Source: Gemmatimonadota bacterium (GTDB taxonomy: Bacteria; Gemmatimonadota; Gemmatimonadetes; Palauibacterales; Palauibacteraceae). From it: a DNA stretch of 64,000 nucleotides. Position numbers and translations under genes: made by a program. Below the pieces are notes generated by a model. The model was not told where the DNA came from. It searched no databases and saw nothing but the letters and a program-made list of their open reading frames with translations. Shown here piece after piece: positions 9,802 to 18,897 of this stretch. The number at the start of each line of letters is the position of its first letter. The stretch's first letter is position 1. Location of the stretch: positions 2,495,319 through 2,559,318 of the forward strand of contig OY762926.1 of NCBI GenBank assembly GCA_963666735.1, given 5' to 3'.

Positions 9802-11717
9802 CGTGTCCCCTCCACAACGGGCAGGACGATGTGCGATGCCCGGTCGCCGGCGTGGTGGATCATGTTCTCCGCGACCTCCCATTCCGTCTCGTCATAGTTG
9901 TTGCCGCCCGTGTTCAGGTTGCGGTCGAAGCGGGGGAAGTTGGAACTCGAGACCTCGACCCGCACGCGGTGGCCGGGTGCGAACCAGTGCGCCACCGAAT
10001 GGAGGTCCACCCGGACCGGATAGACTTCGCCTTCCTCCATCATCGCGGGCGCCTCGTATCCGTCGCGGTAGCGCGCCCTCATGATGCCCTCGACGATGTT
10101 GATCGCCCGTCCATCGGGATGGACGTCGAGGAGCTTCACGGTGAAGTCGGTGTCTGCGGCGCTCGAACTCACGTAGAGCCGGGCCTCGAGCGGGCCCGCG
10201 ATCTCGAGGCCGTCGCCGGCGACCGGATCGCCGGTGTAGACGAGGACGTCCTCGCGTTCCTCGATGTCCGACTGGTCGAACGCCCCCGGCTGGTCGTCGG
10301 GGTTCCCGGTGCAGCAGACGGATCCGCCGCGGGAGGGGACGGGATCCCCCGGATCATAGACGAACCGGTCGGGAGGTTCGTCCGCGGGCGCTTCGGCGGA
10401 GAGGGCGCCGTCGCCGAGTCTCGTGTTCGCGTTCCCTCCGCTGCGAAGGTAGAGCCGGGTGGTCTCGACCCCGGGGGGCGGCCACGTTTCGGCGGCCGCC
10501 CACTCGTTCCGGCCCATCACGTAGTAGTGAACCTTCGGGATGTCGGTGATGCCGTTGTCCACGCCCTTCAGCCAGTAGTCGAACCAGGCGAGATAGAGCG
10601 AACGGTACGGCAGGCGGGCGTCGCCGAAGTCGACGTCCCCGACCACCGTGTGTTCCGTGGCGCGCTCGGACATGCAGTGGCTGGTGGGAGAGAGGATGAC
10701 GTACTGGTGCGCGCCGCCCCGGTCGCTCACCGCGTTGTCCCGCATCATCCGCCACTGCTGAAGCGTCTCGTTGGCGCCGAGGTCGTACCACGAGTTCACG
10801 TGGAGCGCCGGCGTGTCGAAGCGGTCGGCGTCGCTCAGGTATCCGAGTCCGTCCCACCATTCGTCGGCGAGCGGCGTGCTCAGGACCTCTTCCCAGTCCG
10901 TGTCGCGGTCGGGGGGGCCGTATTTTCGCATGAGGTCGATGGTGGGAAGCTCGCGGAGCGCGGCGAACATCTCGACCGGGGGCGGAGGCTCGCCTCCCGG
11001 GCGCTTCCGTCCGTTGCCGCGGAACCAGCCGAAGCTCGCGGAGAGCCCGAACGCGCCCCCCTCGAAGATGCCGAAGTAGCCGTACCGTCCGCCGGCCGAT
11101 CCGACCGACCCGCCGGCGGCCAGGGGGATGGCGGCGGCGTGCGCCGGGTGGCGCTGCGTCATGAGTTGCGTCTGGTTTTCTCCCAGGTAGGAACAGCCGA
11201 GGGTCCCCACCTTCCCGTTCGACCAGGGCCGGGTCGAAGCCCACTCGACGGCGTCGTAGCCGTCCTCCCGGTCCGCCGCGGAGAGGAGATAGTCCCCTTC
11301 CGACGCATGCTTGCCGCGCACGTCCTGGACGACGACGGCGTACCCCTGCCCCGCGAAGAACCGCGCCGGGGAGATCGCGCCGGCCCGATAGGTCGCCTTG
11401 TCGTACGGCAGCCGGATCATGACGACGGGAAGGCGGTCACCGCGGCCGGCGGGGTCGGCCGGCAGGTAGAGGTCCGTCGCGAGGCGAACCCCGTCCCGCA
11501 TGGGGACCATGAGGTCCGTTTCGACCCGCACCTCGAACTGCGCTTCCGGCATCGCATGGGGATCGGCCGGATCCGGCGCGAATCGATCAAGGGCGGAGGC
11601 GGCGTCCGGTCCGCTTCCGCCATCGGCGAGCCGGGCCGGGGGCGCGTCTCCAGCGCCGGCACAGGCGGTGAGCGCGGCCGCCAGGGCGATGACGATTCCC
11701 GGCCGAGATTTGTCCAT
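9798..11717 (-). CDS. CocE/NonD family hydrolase (S15 X-Pro dipeptidyl-peptidase-like), lipoprotein
   Basis: MVPMRDGVRLATDLYLP..., GCSYLG nucleophile elbow, C-terminal beta-sandwich; signal MDKSRPGIVIALAAALTACAG; start reassigned to ATG 11717. Confidence 0.75.
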   Translation of the reverse strand: MDKSRPGIVIALAAALTACAGAGDAPPARLADGGSGPDAASALDRFAPDPADPHAMPEAQFEVRVETDLMVPMRDGVRLATDLYLPADPAGRGDRLPVVMIRLPYDKATYRAGAISPARFFAGQGYAVVVQDVRGKHASEGDYLLSAADREDGYDAVEWASTRPWSNGKVGTLGCSYLGENQTQLMTQRHPAHAAAIPLAAGGSVGSAGGRYGYFGIFEGGAFGLSASFGWFRGNGRKRPGGEPPPPVEMFAALRELPTIDLMRKYGPPDRDTDWEEVLSTPLADEWWDGLGYLSDADRFDTPALHVNSWYDLGANETLQQWRMMRDNAVSDRGGAHQYVILSPTSHCMSERATEHTVVGDVDFGDARLPYRSLYLAWFDYWLKGVDNGITDIPKVHYYVMGRNEWAAAETWPPPGVETTRLYLRSGGNANTRLGDGALSAEAPADEPPDRFVYDPGDPVPSRGGSVCCTGNPDDQPGAFDQSDIEEREDVLVYTGDPVAGDGLEIAGPLEARLYVSSSAADTDFTVKLLDVHPDGRAINIVEGIMRARYRDGYEAPAMMEEGEVYPVRVDLHSVAHWFAPGHRVRVEVSSSNFPRFDRNLNTGGNNYDETEWEVAENMIHHAGDRASHIVLPVVEGTR

Positions 11718-11751
11718 CGGTTCCCACTCCCCAAGATTCACGCGTTCGAGA

Positions 11752-12125
11752 TGTTCTCGAAGATGACACCACGCCCAGCCACCGAGCGAGTGACGATGAC
11801 TTCCGCCGCGGTCGAGACGCTGGACCTGCAGACCATTCCCGGCGTCGGCCCCAGCATCGCGCGCGATCTGACGGAACTCGGCATCCGCCGGGTCCGGGAT
11901 CTCGAAGGCCGCGATCCGCACCGGCTCTACGAACAACTCTCCTCGCGGCGGGGCCAGCGCATGGACCCGTGTGTTCTATACGTCTTCCGCTGTGCCGTCT
12001 ACTACGCGGAGACCCATGCCGCGGAGGCCCACGCGGAGACGGGAGCGGCGGACCGCGAGCTGCTCAAGTGGTGGAATTGGAAGGGCCGGGTCCACGCCAA
12101 CGAGCGCTCGCGCGCACCCGCCTGA
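11752..12125 (+). CDS. Helix-hairpin-helix DNA-binding protein (pathogenicity-locus/Cdd1-like)
   Basis: LQTIPGVGPSIARDLTELGIRRVRDL HhH motif; real 3' portion of an otherwise antisense ORF. Confidence 0.4.
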
Positions 12126-12141
12126 CGGACGACCGACTGCC

Positions 12142-12483
12142 ATGGCTTCGGACCTCCACGAGCGCATCTGCAACGTCGTCGCCCGGATCCCGGCCGGTCG
12201 CGTCGCCACCTACGGACAGGTCGCCCAACTCGCCGGACTCGGCGGACAGGCCCGTCTTGTAGGTTACGCGCTCTACGCCTCGGACCGGCCGCTTCCGTGG
12301 CACCGCGTGATCAACGCGCGCGGCGAGATCAGCCCCCGCGGCGACTCCTACTCCGAGATGATCCAGTACCAGTTGCTGGCGAACGAAGGGGTGGAGTTCG
12401 ACAAGTGGGGACGCATCTCGCTCAAGCGCTTCCGCTGGAACGGGGAGATGCCGCCTCCCGCCAGCCCCTCGCCTCCCTCCTGA
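12142..12483 (+). CDS. MGMT-family DNA-binding protein (alkyltransferase-like / methylated-DNA-protein-cysteine methyltransferase DNA-binding domain)
   Basis: VARIPAGRVATYGQVAQLAG...WHRVINARG motif pattern. Confidence 0.6.
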   Translation: MASDLHERICNVVARIPAGRVATYGQVAQLAGLGGQARLVGYALYASDRPLPWHRVINARGEISPRGDSYSEMIQYQLLANEGVEFDKWGRISLKRFRWNGEMPPPASPSPPS

Positions 12484-12497
12484 CTCCGGAGCGTCGC

Positions 12498-14108
12498 ATG
12501 CGTCGTGACTTCCGCACCCGTACAGCAGCCCGTACAGGCCGTCCGCTGGCCGGCCTCCTCCTCGTCGCGCTGGCCGGCGGCGGCTTCGAAGCGCCGCTGG
12601 GCGCGCAGGACACCCGCGTCGAGACCGCCGCGGGGAACGTCGAGGGCGTCATGGTCGACGGCATCCGCTCCTACCGGGGGATTCCGTTCGCGGCGCCTCC
12701 CGTGGGGGACAGGCGCTGGAGGCCGCCGCAGCCGGTCGAAGCGTGGGGGCAGCGAACCCTGCGCGCGCACAGCTTCGGCCCGGAGTGCATGCAGGCCCCC
12801 TACGGCGCGGGCTCCTTCTTCGGAGGTCCCCCCGCCCCGACGGCGGAGGACTGCCTGTACCTGAACGTGTGGACCGGCGCCGCCGACGCCGCCGAGCGAC
12901 GGCCGGTCATGGTCTGGATCCACGGAGGCGCGCTCACGCGGGGGTCGGGCTCCACCGGCATCTACGACGGAACGGCACTGGCGGCGAAGGGCGCCGTCGC
13001 GGTCACGATCAACTACCGGCTCGGACCGTTCGGATACCTCGCGCATCCGCTCCTCTCGGCCGAGTCAGAACACGGATCTTCCGGCAACTACGGCGTTCTC
13101 GACCAGGTCGCCGCGCTGGAGTGGGTGCGCGACAACATCGCGGCCTTCGGCGGGGACCCGGACCGCGTGACGATTTTCGGCGAGTCGGCCGGGTCGTGGA
13201 GCGTGAACACGCTGATGGCGACGCCGCTGGCGGCGGGACTCTTCCACCGCGCCATCGGACAGAGCGGGGGGCGGTTCGGCCCCATGATGCGTCTCTCGGA
13301 GGCGCCGGAGGGCGGACGCTCGGCCGAAGAGACCGGGGCCGCGTTTCTCGGGGCGCTCGGGGCGGAGACCCCGGAGGATATGCGGAAGCTCTCGGCCGCA
13401 ACCGTGATGGCGGGGCTCGCCACGCCGGCCGGGCGCGGCTTCAGGACGGCGGAGAACGTGGACGGCTGGGTGTTGCCGACGGACGTGACGACGGCGTTCG
13501 CCGAGGGAACGCACAACAACGTTCCGGTGCTCGTCGGGTTCAACGCGGATGAGATGACCTCGCTCTCGTCGCCGAGAGCCGTGCCGGAGACGCTCGACGC
13601 GTGGCGCGAGTGGGTCGCCGGGCGCGTGGGCGACGATGCGGCGAGCTTCGACGCCGCCTACCCGGTGGGGGAGGAGGGCGAAATCTTCGACGCCTTCATG
13701 CGAAGCCGCGGCGACGCGCTGTTCGGCATCCAGATGCGGACATGGGCGCGGGCGTCGGAAGCCGCCGGCGCGGATGCCTGGCTCTACTACTTCACGCACG
13801 AGCCGCCCGGACCCGCGAAGAACTATCTCAAGTCGTACCACGCGGCCGAGATCGTGTACGCGTTCGGCAACGTCGATCCCGGCGAACGGGAGGCCGCGGA
13901 CCGTCGGTTGGCGCGTACGATGGCCTCCTACTGGGTCAACTTCGCCGCGAACGGCGACCCGAACGGTCCCGGACTGCCGCCGTGGCCGGCCTACACGCGC
14001 GACTCCGAGGCGCATCTCGTACTCGGGCCGACGGTCGAGGCGGGAAGCAGCCTGCGCGCGGTCCAACTGGACTTCTGGGATCGCCGACTCCGGGCCGGCA
14101 CGCCGTGA
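12498..14108 (+). CDS. Carboxylesterase type B (para-nitrobenzyl esterase-like), secreted
   Basis: IFGESAGSWS active-site serine motif, EDCLYLNVW, HGGAL; signal peptide; start at ATG 12498. Confidence 0.8.
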   Translation: MRRDFRTRTAARTGRPLAGLLLVALAGGGFEAPLGAQDTRVETAAGNVEGVMVDGIRSYRGIPFAAPPVGDRRWRPPQPVEAWGQRTLRAHSFGPECMQAPYGAGSFFGGPPAPTAEDCLYLNVWTGAADAAERRPVMVWIHGGALTRGSGSTGIYDGTALAAKGAVAVTINYRLGPFGYLAHPLLSAESEHGSSGNYGVLDQVAALEWVRDNIAAFGGDPDRVTIFGESAGSWSVNTLMATPLAAGLFHRAIGQSGGRFGPMMRLSEAPEGGRSAEETGAAFLGALGAETPEDMRKLSAATVMAGLATPAGRGFRTAENVDGWVLPTDVTTAFAEGTHNNVPVLVGFNADEMTSLSSPRAVPETLDAWREWVAGRVGDDAASFDAAYPVGEEGEIFDAFMRSRGDALFGIQMRTWARASEAAGADAWLYYFTHEPPGPAKNYLKSYHAAEIVYAFGNVDPGEREAADRRLARTMASYWVNFAANGDPNGPGLPPWPAYTRDSEAHLVLGPTVEAGSSLRAVQLDFWDRRLRAGTP

Positions 14109-14217
14109 AGGCGCCTCAGGCCGACGGGTCGTACCGATGACCGGACCGCTCTGCCGGCGGCTCGCCGCGATCCGCGCGGAGAAGGAAGGCGCGCGCCCGG
14201 CAGCCCTGACCGCGGTC

Positions 14218-14796
14218 ATGAGCGACGGCACGGAGGCACTGCGGAGTTCCGGCATCCTCGACGGGATTCCCGGGGTGGGCGACCGGGCGCCCTTGTTCGC
14301 ACGGCCGAGCGTGGCCGGCCCCACGGTCCGGTTGAAGACGCTCCTCAAGCGCGGATCCGTCGTGCTGAGCTTCTTCCGCGGCCGCTGGTGACCGTACTGC
14401 CGCGAAGGGCAGGTTGCTCTTCAGTCGGTTCTTCCAGAGATCGAGGCGAAAGGCGCCCGCCTCGTTACGCTCTCTCCGCAACTCGCGGAGTTCGCGCGCG
14501 GCTGGATCGAGGAGGACGGCATCGGGTTCGACGTCCTGCTCGACCTCGGATTGGGCGTGGCTCGTGACTACGGCCTGACGTTCAGGGTCGAGGGCGAACT
14601 GCGCGCGCTCTACCACGACAAGCTCGGCATCGACCTCGCCCGCTTCAACGGCGACGAGTCGTGGGAACTTCCGCTCACGTCCACCTTCGTCATCGACCGG
14701 GACGGAACGATCGCGTACGCCTCCGCCGACCCCGACTACACGGTGCGCGCCGAACCGGACGAGGTCGTCGCCGCGATCCCAACGTTCGACTCGTAG
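14218..14796 (+). CDS. AhpC/TSA (Prx-like) thiol-disulfide oxidoreductase with in-frame TGA (14389..14391) at catalytic Cys of FFRGRW-[TGA]-PYC: selenoprotein candidate or nonsense pseudogene; alternative start 14137
   Basis: GDRAPLF...VVLSFFRGRW*PYCREGQ... continuing in same frame to ...TFVIDRDGTIAYA...RAEPDEVVAAI; classical Sec/Cys position. Confidence 0.5.
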
Positions 14797-14923
14797 CGGC
14801 CTACGAGACCGGCCCCCCGTCGCCATCAGGCGGCCCCACGTCCTGTATGACATCATTGATTGCAACGACATCAGTCTGTACACTCAGACTGCGAGCGAAC
14901 TCCAGACCGGCGGTAGCAGAGAC

Positions 14924-15169
14924 GTGGCAAGCATCACAATTCGGAACCTGGGCGACGGAGTGAAGCGTCGGCTTCGGGTTAGAGCGGCGAAGAACGACCG
15001 TTCCATGGAGGAGGAAGCACGGGTGATTCTCCGGAAGGCGGTCGACCGGGAGGAGATGCCCGCGAAGGGCTTGGGAACGGCGATCCACGAGCTGTTCGCC
15101 CCTCTGGGTGGCGTGGAGCTTGAGATTCCTCCCCGCGAGCCGATGCGTGAACCGCCACGGTTCGACTGA
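14924..15169 (+). CDS. vapB: VapB/FitA-like ribbon-helix-helix antitoxin
   Basis: MASITIRNLGDGVKRRLRVRAAKNDRSMEEEARVIL. Confidence 0.7.
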   Translation: MASITIRNLGDGVKRRLRVRAAKNDRSMEEEARVILRKAVDREEMPAKGLGTAIHELFAPLGGVELEIPPREPMREPPRFD

Positions 15170-15178
15170 GTCACGCCG

Positions 15179-15601
15179 ATGTTCGTCCTCGACACGAATG
15201 TCGTCTCGGAGTTGATGCGCGGAGTCCCGCAGCCTGAAGTGCTTGCGTGGGTCGACGACCGTGCGAGGCGCGATTTGTTCGTCACCGCGATTACGGAAGC
15301 GGAAGTTCGAACCGGGATCGCCATTCTGCCGGCCGGCAGGCGCCGGCGGGACCTGGCGCATGTGGCGGATCGGTTCTTCGCGGACTTCTTCACAAACCGA
15401 GTGCTGCCGTTCGATGCTTCGGCGGCGAGAGCGTACGCGGTGATCACCGCCGGGCGACGGGCCGCGGGACGCCCGATCGGTCAACTCGACTGTCAGATCG
15501 CGGCCGTCACTCGTTGCCGAGGCGCAGCCCTGGCGACGCGAAACGTGAGGGATTTCGAGGGTACCGGGATCGATGTCCTGGATCCCTGGGCCGCAGTCTG
15601 A
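15179..15601 (+). CDS. vapC: VapC PIN-domain ribonuclease toxin
   Basis: MFVLDTNVVSEL... PIN acidic residues; 10 nt after antitoxin. Confidence 0.8.
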   Translation: MFVLDTNVVSELMRGVPQPEVLAWVDDRARRDLFVTAITEAEVRTGIAILPAGRRRRDLAHVADRFFADFFTNRVLPFDASAARAYAVITAGRRAAGRPIGQLDCQIAAVTRCRGAALATRNVRDFEGTGIDVLDPWAAV

Positions 15602-15659
15602 CAGCAACTTGCCCGGCATCCTGCGGGAGGTGCGGCTTCTCCATGGGCTCCGGGGGCGC

Positions 15660-17330
15660 ATGCGTGACGGGGTGCGGCTCTCGGCGGATGTCTATCTGCC
15701 CGCTTCCGGAGGCCCTTTCCCCGCCATCCTGACGCGGACGCCTTACGAGAGCGGCCGGGACGTATTCGTCGAGAACGGCGTGTGGTGGGCGGAGCGCGGG
15801 TACGCGTTCGTGGTGCAGGACTGTCGCGGGCGGTCCGAGTCCGAGGGCGTATTCCACGCGTATCTCCCCGAGATCGAGGACGGGTACGACACCCTGGAGT
15901 GGCTGGCCGGGCAGGCGTGGTGCGACGGGAAGATCGGAATGTGGGGGCGCAGCTACGGCGGCCTCACGCAGTGGCTGAGCGCGCCGCTCGGGAGCCCGCA
16001 CCTCACCTGCATGGCGCCGCATGTGATCTGCGACGACCACTTCGGGGACTGTCACTACCTCGGCGGCGCCTTCCAACTGCTTCTGTCGCTCGGCGCGGCC
16101 GTGATCTGGGAGACGAACCTCGCGACCGTGACAGGCCCGCAGGCCGCGCGCCTGTTTCAGAACCCGAAGTTCTGGGCCCACCTGCCCATCATCGAGATGG
16201 ACGAGCGCGCGATCGGGCGGAAGATCCCGTACTGGAGGGAATGGCTGGAACACCCGACGCGGGACGAGTACTGGCGTCGGCTCCGGGTCACGGATCGCTA
16301 CGACCGCGTCACGGCGCCGGTGTTTCAGCAGGGCGGCTGGTACGACGCGTATTCGGGTTCGCTGCTTCGAATGCACGAGGGGATGTCGGGCGCCGCGACC
16401 CCGCGCGCCCGCACGCAGAGCCGGAGCCTGCTCGGACCCTGGTCGCACGAGATCCCGGAGACGAGGACGGTCGGGGACCTCGACTTCGGACCCGGCGCCT
16501 GGGTGGACGTGCGGAAGGAGGAGCGGCGCTGGTTCGACTGGCAGCTTCGCGGCATGGACGACGGGATCGGTGAAGACCCGCCGTTGCGCTGGTTCACGAC
16601 GGGTGCCAACCGGTGGCGGGGCGGCGCGGGGTGGCCGCCGCCGGGGACGGAGGAAGTGCCTTGGTATCTGCACAGCGACGGGCGCGCGAACCGGGACGAC
16701 GACGCGCGCCTCGATCCGGAGCCGCCGGGGGACGAACCCCCCGACCGCTTCGAGTACGATCCGCGCGATCCGGCGCCCTCGCTCGGGGGCAATCTCTCTT
16801 CCCGGCTGATCACGACCCACGCCGAGACGCCGATGCGGGGCGGTCCCGTCGAGCAGGCGCCGATCGAGCGGCGGCCCGACGTGCTTGTCTATACGTCGCC
16901 GGCTCTGGAGGACGATCTCGAGGTCACGGGGCCGGTCGAGGTGGTGCTTTACGCCGAGTCGTCGGGGCCGGACACGGACTTCGTGGCGCGGGTGACGGAT
17001 GTCGATCCGGCGGGGGGATCATTCGTGCTGACGGAGGGGATCCTGCGCGCACGGTATCGCGGCGGGTTGAGCCGGACCGAACTGCTCGAGCCCGGCGAGG
17101 CGGCGGAGCTCCGGATCCGGCTCTACCCGATGAGCCATGTGTTCCGGGCCGGCCACCGGATCCGGCTTCAGGTCACGAGCAGTTGCTTCCCCCGCTTCAG
17201 TCGCAATCTCAACACCGGCGAAGACGTGGGGACCGGCACCCGCATGCGGACGGCCCGCAACACGGTGCTGCACTCGACGGCCTGTCCCTCGCACGTCCTG
17301 CTGCCGGTCCGCGCGGGCTCATCCGGCTGA
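15660..17330 (+). CDS. CocE/NonD family hydrolase (second paralog); alternative start 15573
   Basis: MRDGVRLSADVYLP, GRSYGG, C-terminal galactose-binding-like domain. Confidence 0.75.
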   Translation: MRDGVRLSADVYLPASGGPFPAILTRTPYESGRDVFVENGVWWAERGYAFVVQDCRGRSESEGVFHAYLPEIEDGYDTLEWLAGQAWCDGKIGMWGRSYGGLTQWLSAPLGSPHLTCMAPHVICDDHFGDCHYLGGAFQLLLSLGAAVIWETNLATVTGPQAARLFQNPKFWAHLPIIEMDERAIGRKIPYWREWLEHPTRDEYWRRLRVTDRYDRVTAPVFQQGGWYDAYSGSLLRMHEGMSGAATPRARTQSRSLLGPWSHEIPETRTVGDLDFGPGAWVDVRKEERRWFDWQLRGMDDGIGEDPPLRWFTTGANRWRGGAGWPPPGTEEVPWYLHSDGRANRDDDARLDPEPPGDEPPDRFEYDPRDPAPSLGGNLSSRLITTHAETPMRGGPVEQAPIERRPDVLVYTSPALEDDLEVTGPVEVVLYAESSGPDTDFVARVTDVDPAGGSFVLTEGILRARYRGGLSRTELLEPGEAAELRIRLYPMSHVFRAGHRIRLQVTSSCFPRFSRNLNTGEDVGTGTRMRTARNTVLHSTACPSHVLLPVRAGSSG

Positions 17331-18347
17331 ACTCGCCAGGTGCCGCGGTTCGGTCGCCGGGAGCGTCTCCCTCAGAGCGACCTCGTAGGCGGGCGAGTGG
17401 AGCAGAAACGCATCGTGTCCGGCCTCCGAGCGCAGGAGGCGAAGTCCCGCCGGCGCCCCGGCCCGGCGCGCCGTCTCCGTTATCAGCCAGGACGGGACGA
17501 GGGTGTCCTCCTCCCACCCGATGAACCACGCGGGCACCGCAAGATCTTCCGGCCTCAACTCGCACAGGTCGATGGACGCGGACAGGGTCAGATAGGTCTC
17601 GGCATCGAACCGTTCCGCGAACTCATCGCCGCGTTTCCGCAGAAAACGGTCGATGGCGTGGACCGGCGTCCCGTCCTCCCACTCCCAGTCGAACGGGAAG
17701 CGGGCATCGAGTCCCTCGGTCGACTTGTAGGTGGTGAACGCCAACGCCCGCGCCAGCGCCACACCCTCGCGACTCCGCCCCTGCCGGATCGCGAACTCCA
17801 CGACTCGTCGCTGCACGGAGCGCACGCCGGTCGCCTGCGCGTGGCCGCGGTGCGCGGCGCCGATCAGGACGACGCCGTCCGCGCGGGCGGGTCGGCGGCA
17901 ACCGAGAGCCAGCGCGACCATGCCGCCGTACGACGCGCCCAGGACACGGTGCACCCGCCGCGCGCCAAGGTGATCTAGCAGGGCGACGACGGCATTCGCC
18001 TGGTCGCCGGGAGTCACGTGCAACCGTCCCGGGGGTTCGACGGTGCCCGGCGACCCGAGGAAGTCGAACCCCAGCACCTGCCACCGGCCGGTGTCGATGG
18101 CCAGGCCCGGGCCCACGAGTTTTCGCCACCAGCCCGGCGAAGGGTCCAGTGCGTTGGCGCAGACGTGGCGGTTGGCGGAGATCCCGCCCGCGACGACGAG
18201 GAGAGGGGCATCCTCGGCGCCGGCGATCTCGTATCGCACCCGGAAACGCGCGTCGACGGCAGTGTCCAGTTCCGGTCTCCACGTAGCCGGCATCGGGACG
18301 CTGCCCCGTCGCCCCACCGGCAGCCCTTCTGGTAGCACGGCGTTCAA
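17319..18347 (-). CDS. metX: Homoserine O-acetyltransferase (alpha/beta hydrolase); likely true start ATG at 18293 (track start is TTG)
   Basis: GWW..LVGPGLAIDTGRW...NFLGSPGT and GASYGGMVALALG match MetX signatures. Confidence 0.7.
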   Translation of the reverse strand: MNAVLPEGLPVGRRGSVPMPATWRPELDTAVDARFRVRYEIAGAEDAPLLVVAGGISANRHVCANALDPSPGWWRKLVGPGLAIDTGRWQVLGFDFLGSPGTVEPPGRLHVTPGDQANAVVALLDHLGARRVHRVLGASYGGMVALALGCRRPARADGVVLIGAAHRGHAQATGVRSVQRRVVEFAIRQGRSREGVALARALAFTTYKSTEGLDARFPFDWEWEDGTPVHAIDRFLRKRGDEFAERFDAETYLTLSASIDLCELRPEDLAVPAWFIGWEEDTLVPSWLITETARRAGAPAGLRLLRSEAGHDAFLLHSPAYEVALRETLPATEPRHLASSAG

Positions 18348-18424
18348 CCTGTCTCTCCGTCGCGGGTCGCGTCTGTGGTTCGCGACGCCAACTCCGGAGC
18401 AGTCGACCGACCCGTGCGGGTGCG

Positions 18425-18549
18425 ACGCTCATCTCTCGGATCCCCGTTCGAGGGTCCGCAGGAGTTGGCACCGCTGGGCGTGCATGTGGGCATGCATGCC
18501 CCGGTTGCCCCGGCTTCAAAGGGCCCGTCCCTCAGCCGGTCTCGATGAG
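18425..18549 (-). ncRNA. SAM-I (S-box) riboswitch aptamer in 5' leader of metX
   Basis: Minus-strand reading CUCAUCGAGACCGGCUGAGGGACGGGCCCUUUGAAGCCGGGGCAACC...GGUGCCAACUCCUGCGGAC...GAGAUGAG matches S-box consensus incl. P1 pairing. Confidence 0.7.
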
Positions 18550-18683
18550 TAGCTGCCGAAGCTCGCGGCTCCGGCAACGGGCGTCAAGAAATGCTCGGCG
18601 CGCGCCGCCCCGGCCCCCGGCACGCGCCTCTCCGGCGAATAGTTGACGGGGGGCCCACGACCCGGTACCCTCTGCCCGCTAAC

Positions 18684-18800
18684 GCTCATCGAGACCGGTC
18701 GAGGGACAGGCCCGAAGACACCGGGGCAACCTGTGGAAGGTGGCTCTTCCACTGATGTGCCAACTCCTGCGACGGATGCAATCCGTTGGTAGATGAGTCG
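18684..18800 (+). ncRNA. SAM-I (S-box) riboswitch aptamer in 5' leader of aspartokinase-like/metY operon
   Basis: CUCAUCGAGACCGGUCGAGGGACAGGCCCGAAGACACCGGGGCAACC...GGUGCCAACUCCUGCGACGG...GAUGAG; P1 closes CUCAUC/GAUGAG. Confidence 0.75.
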
Positions 18801-18810
18801 CCCGCTGCGC

Positions 18811-18852
18811 TTCGTTGCGCGGCCGCTGTTTGTTCCCAGGGCGTCGCTTCTC
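18811..18852 (+). terminator. Candidate riboswitch expression-platform terminator hairpin (GCTGCGC-ttcgtt-GCGCGGC followed by tgtttgtt)
   Basis: 7-bp stem with one GU plus U-rich tract directly after aptamer. Confidence 0.3.
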
Positions 18853-18897
18853 CGGAGTCCGCTGAGTGTGCACCGAGACTCGGGGGGAGGCGTTTCA

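Noticed and set aside
9831-12125. 764-aa plus-strand ORF
   Set aside because: Mostly antisense to the CocE/NonD hydrolase; only its 3' end (11752..12125, HhH protein) is plausible
18793-18897. ORF-track start (ATG 18793) of the aspartokinase-like gene
   Set aside because: Lies within the 3' strand of the SAM-riboswitch P1 helix and expression platform; downstream TTG with GGGAGG SD is more credible
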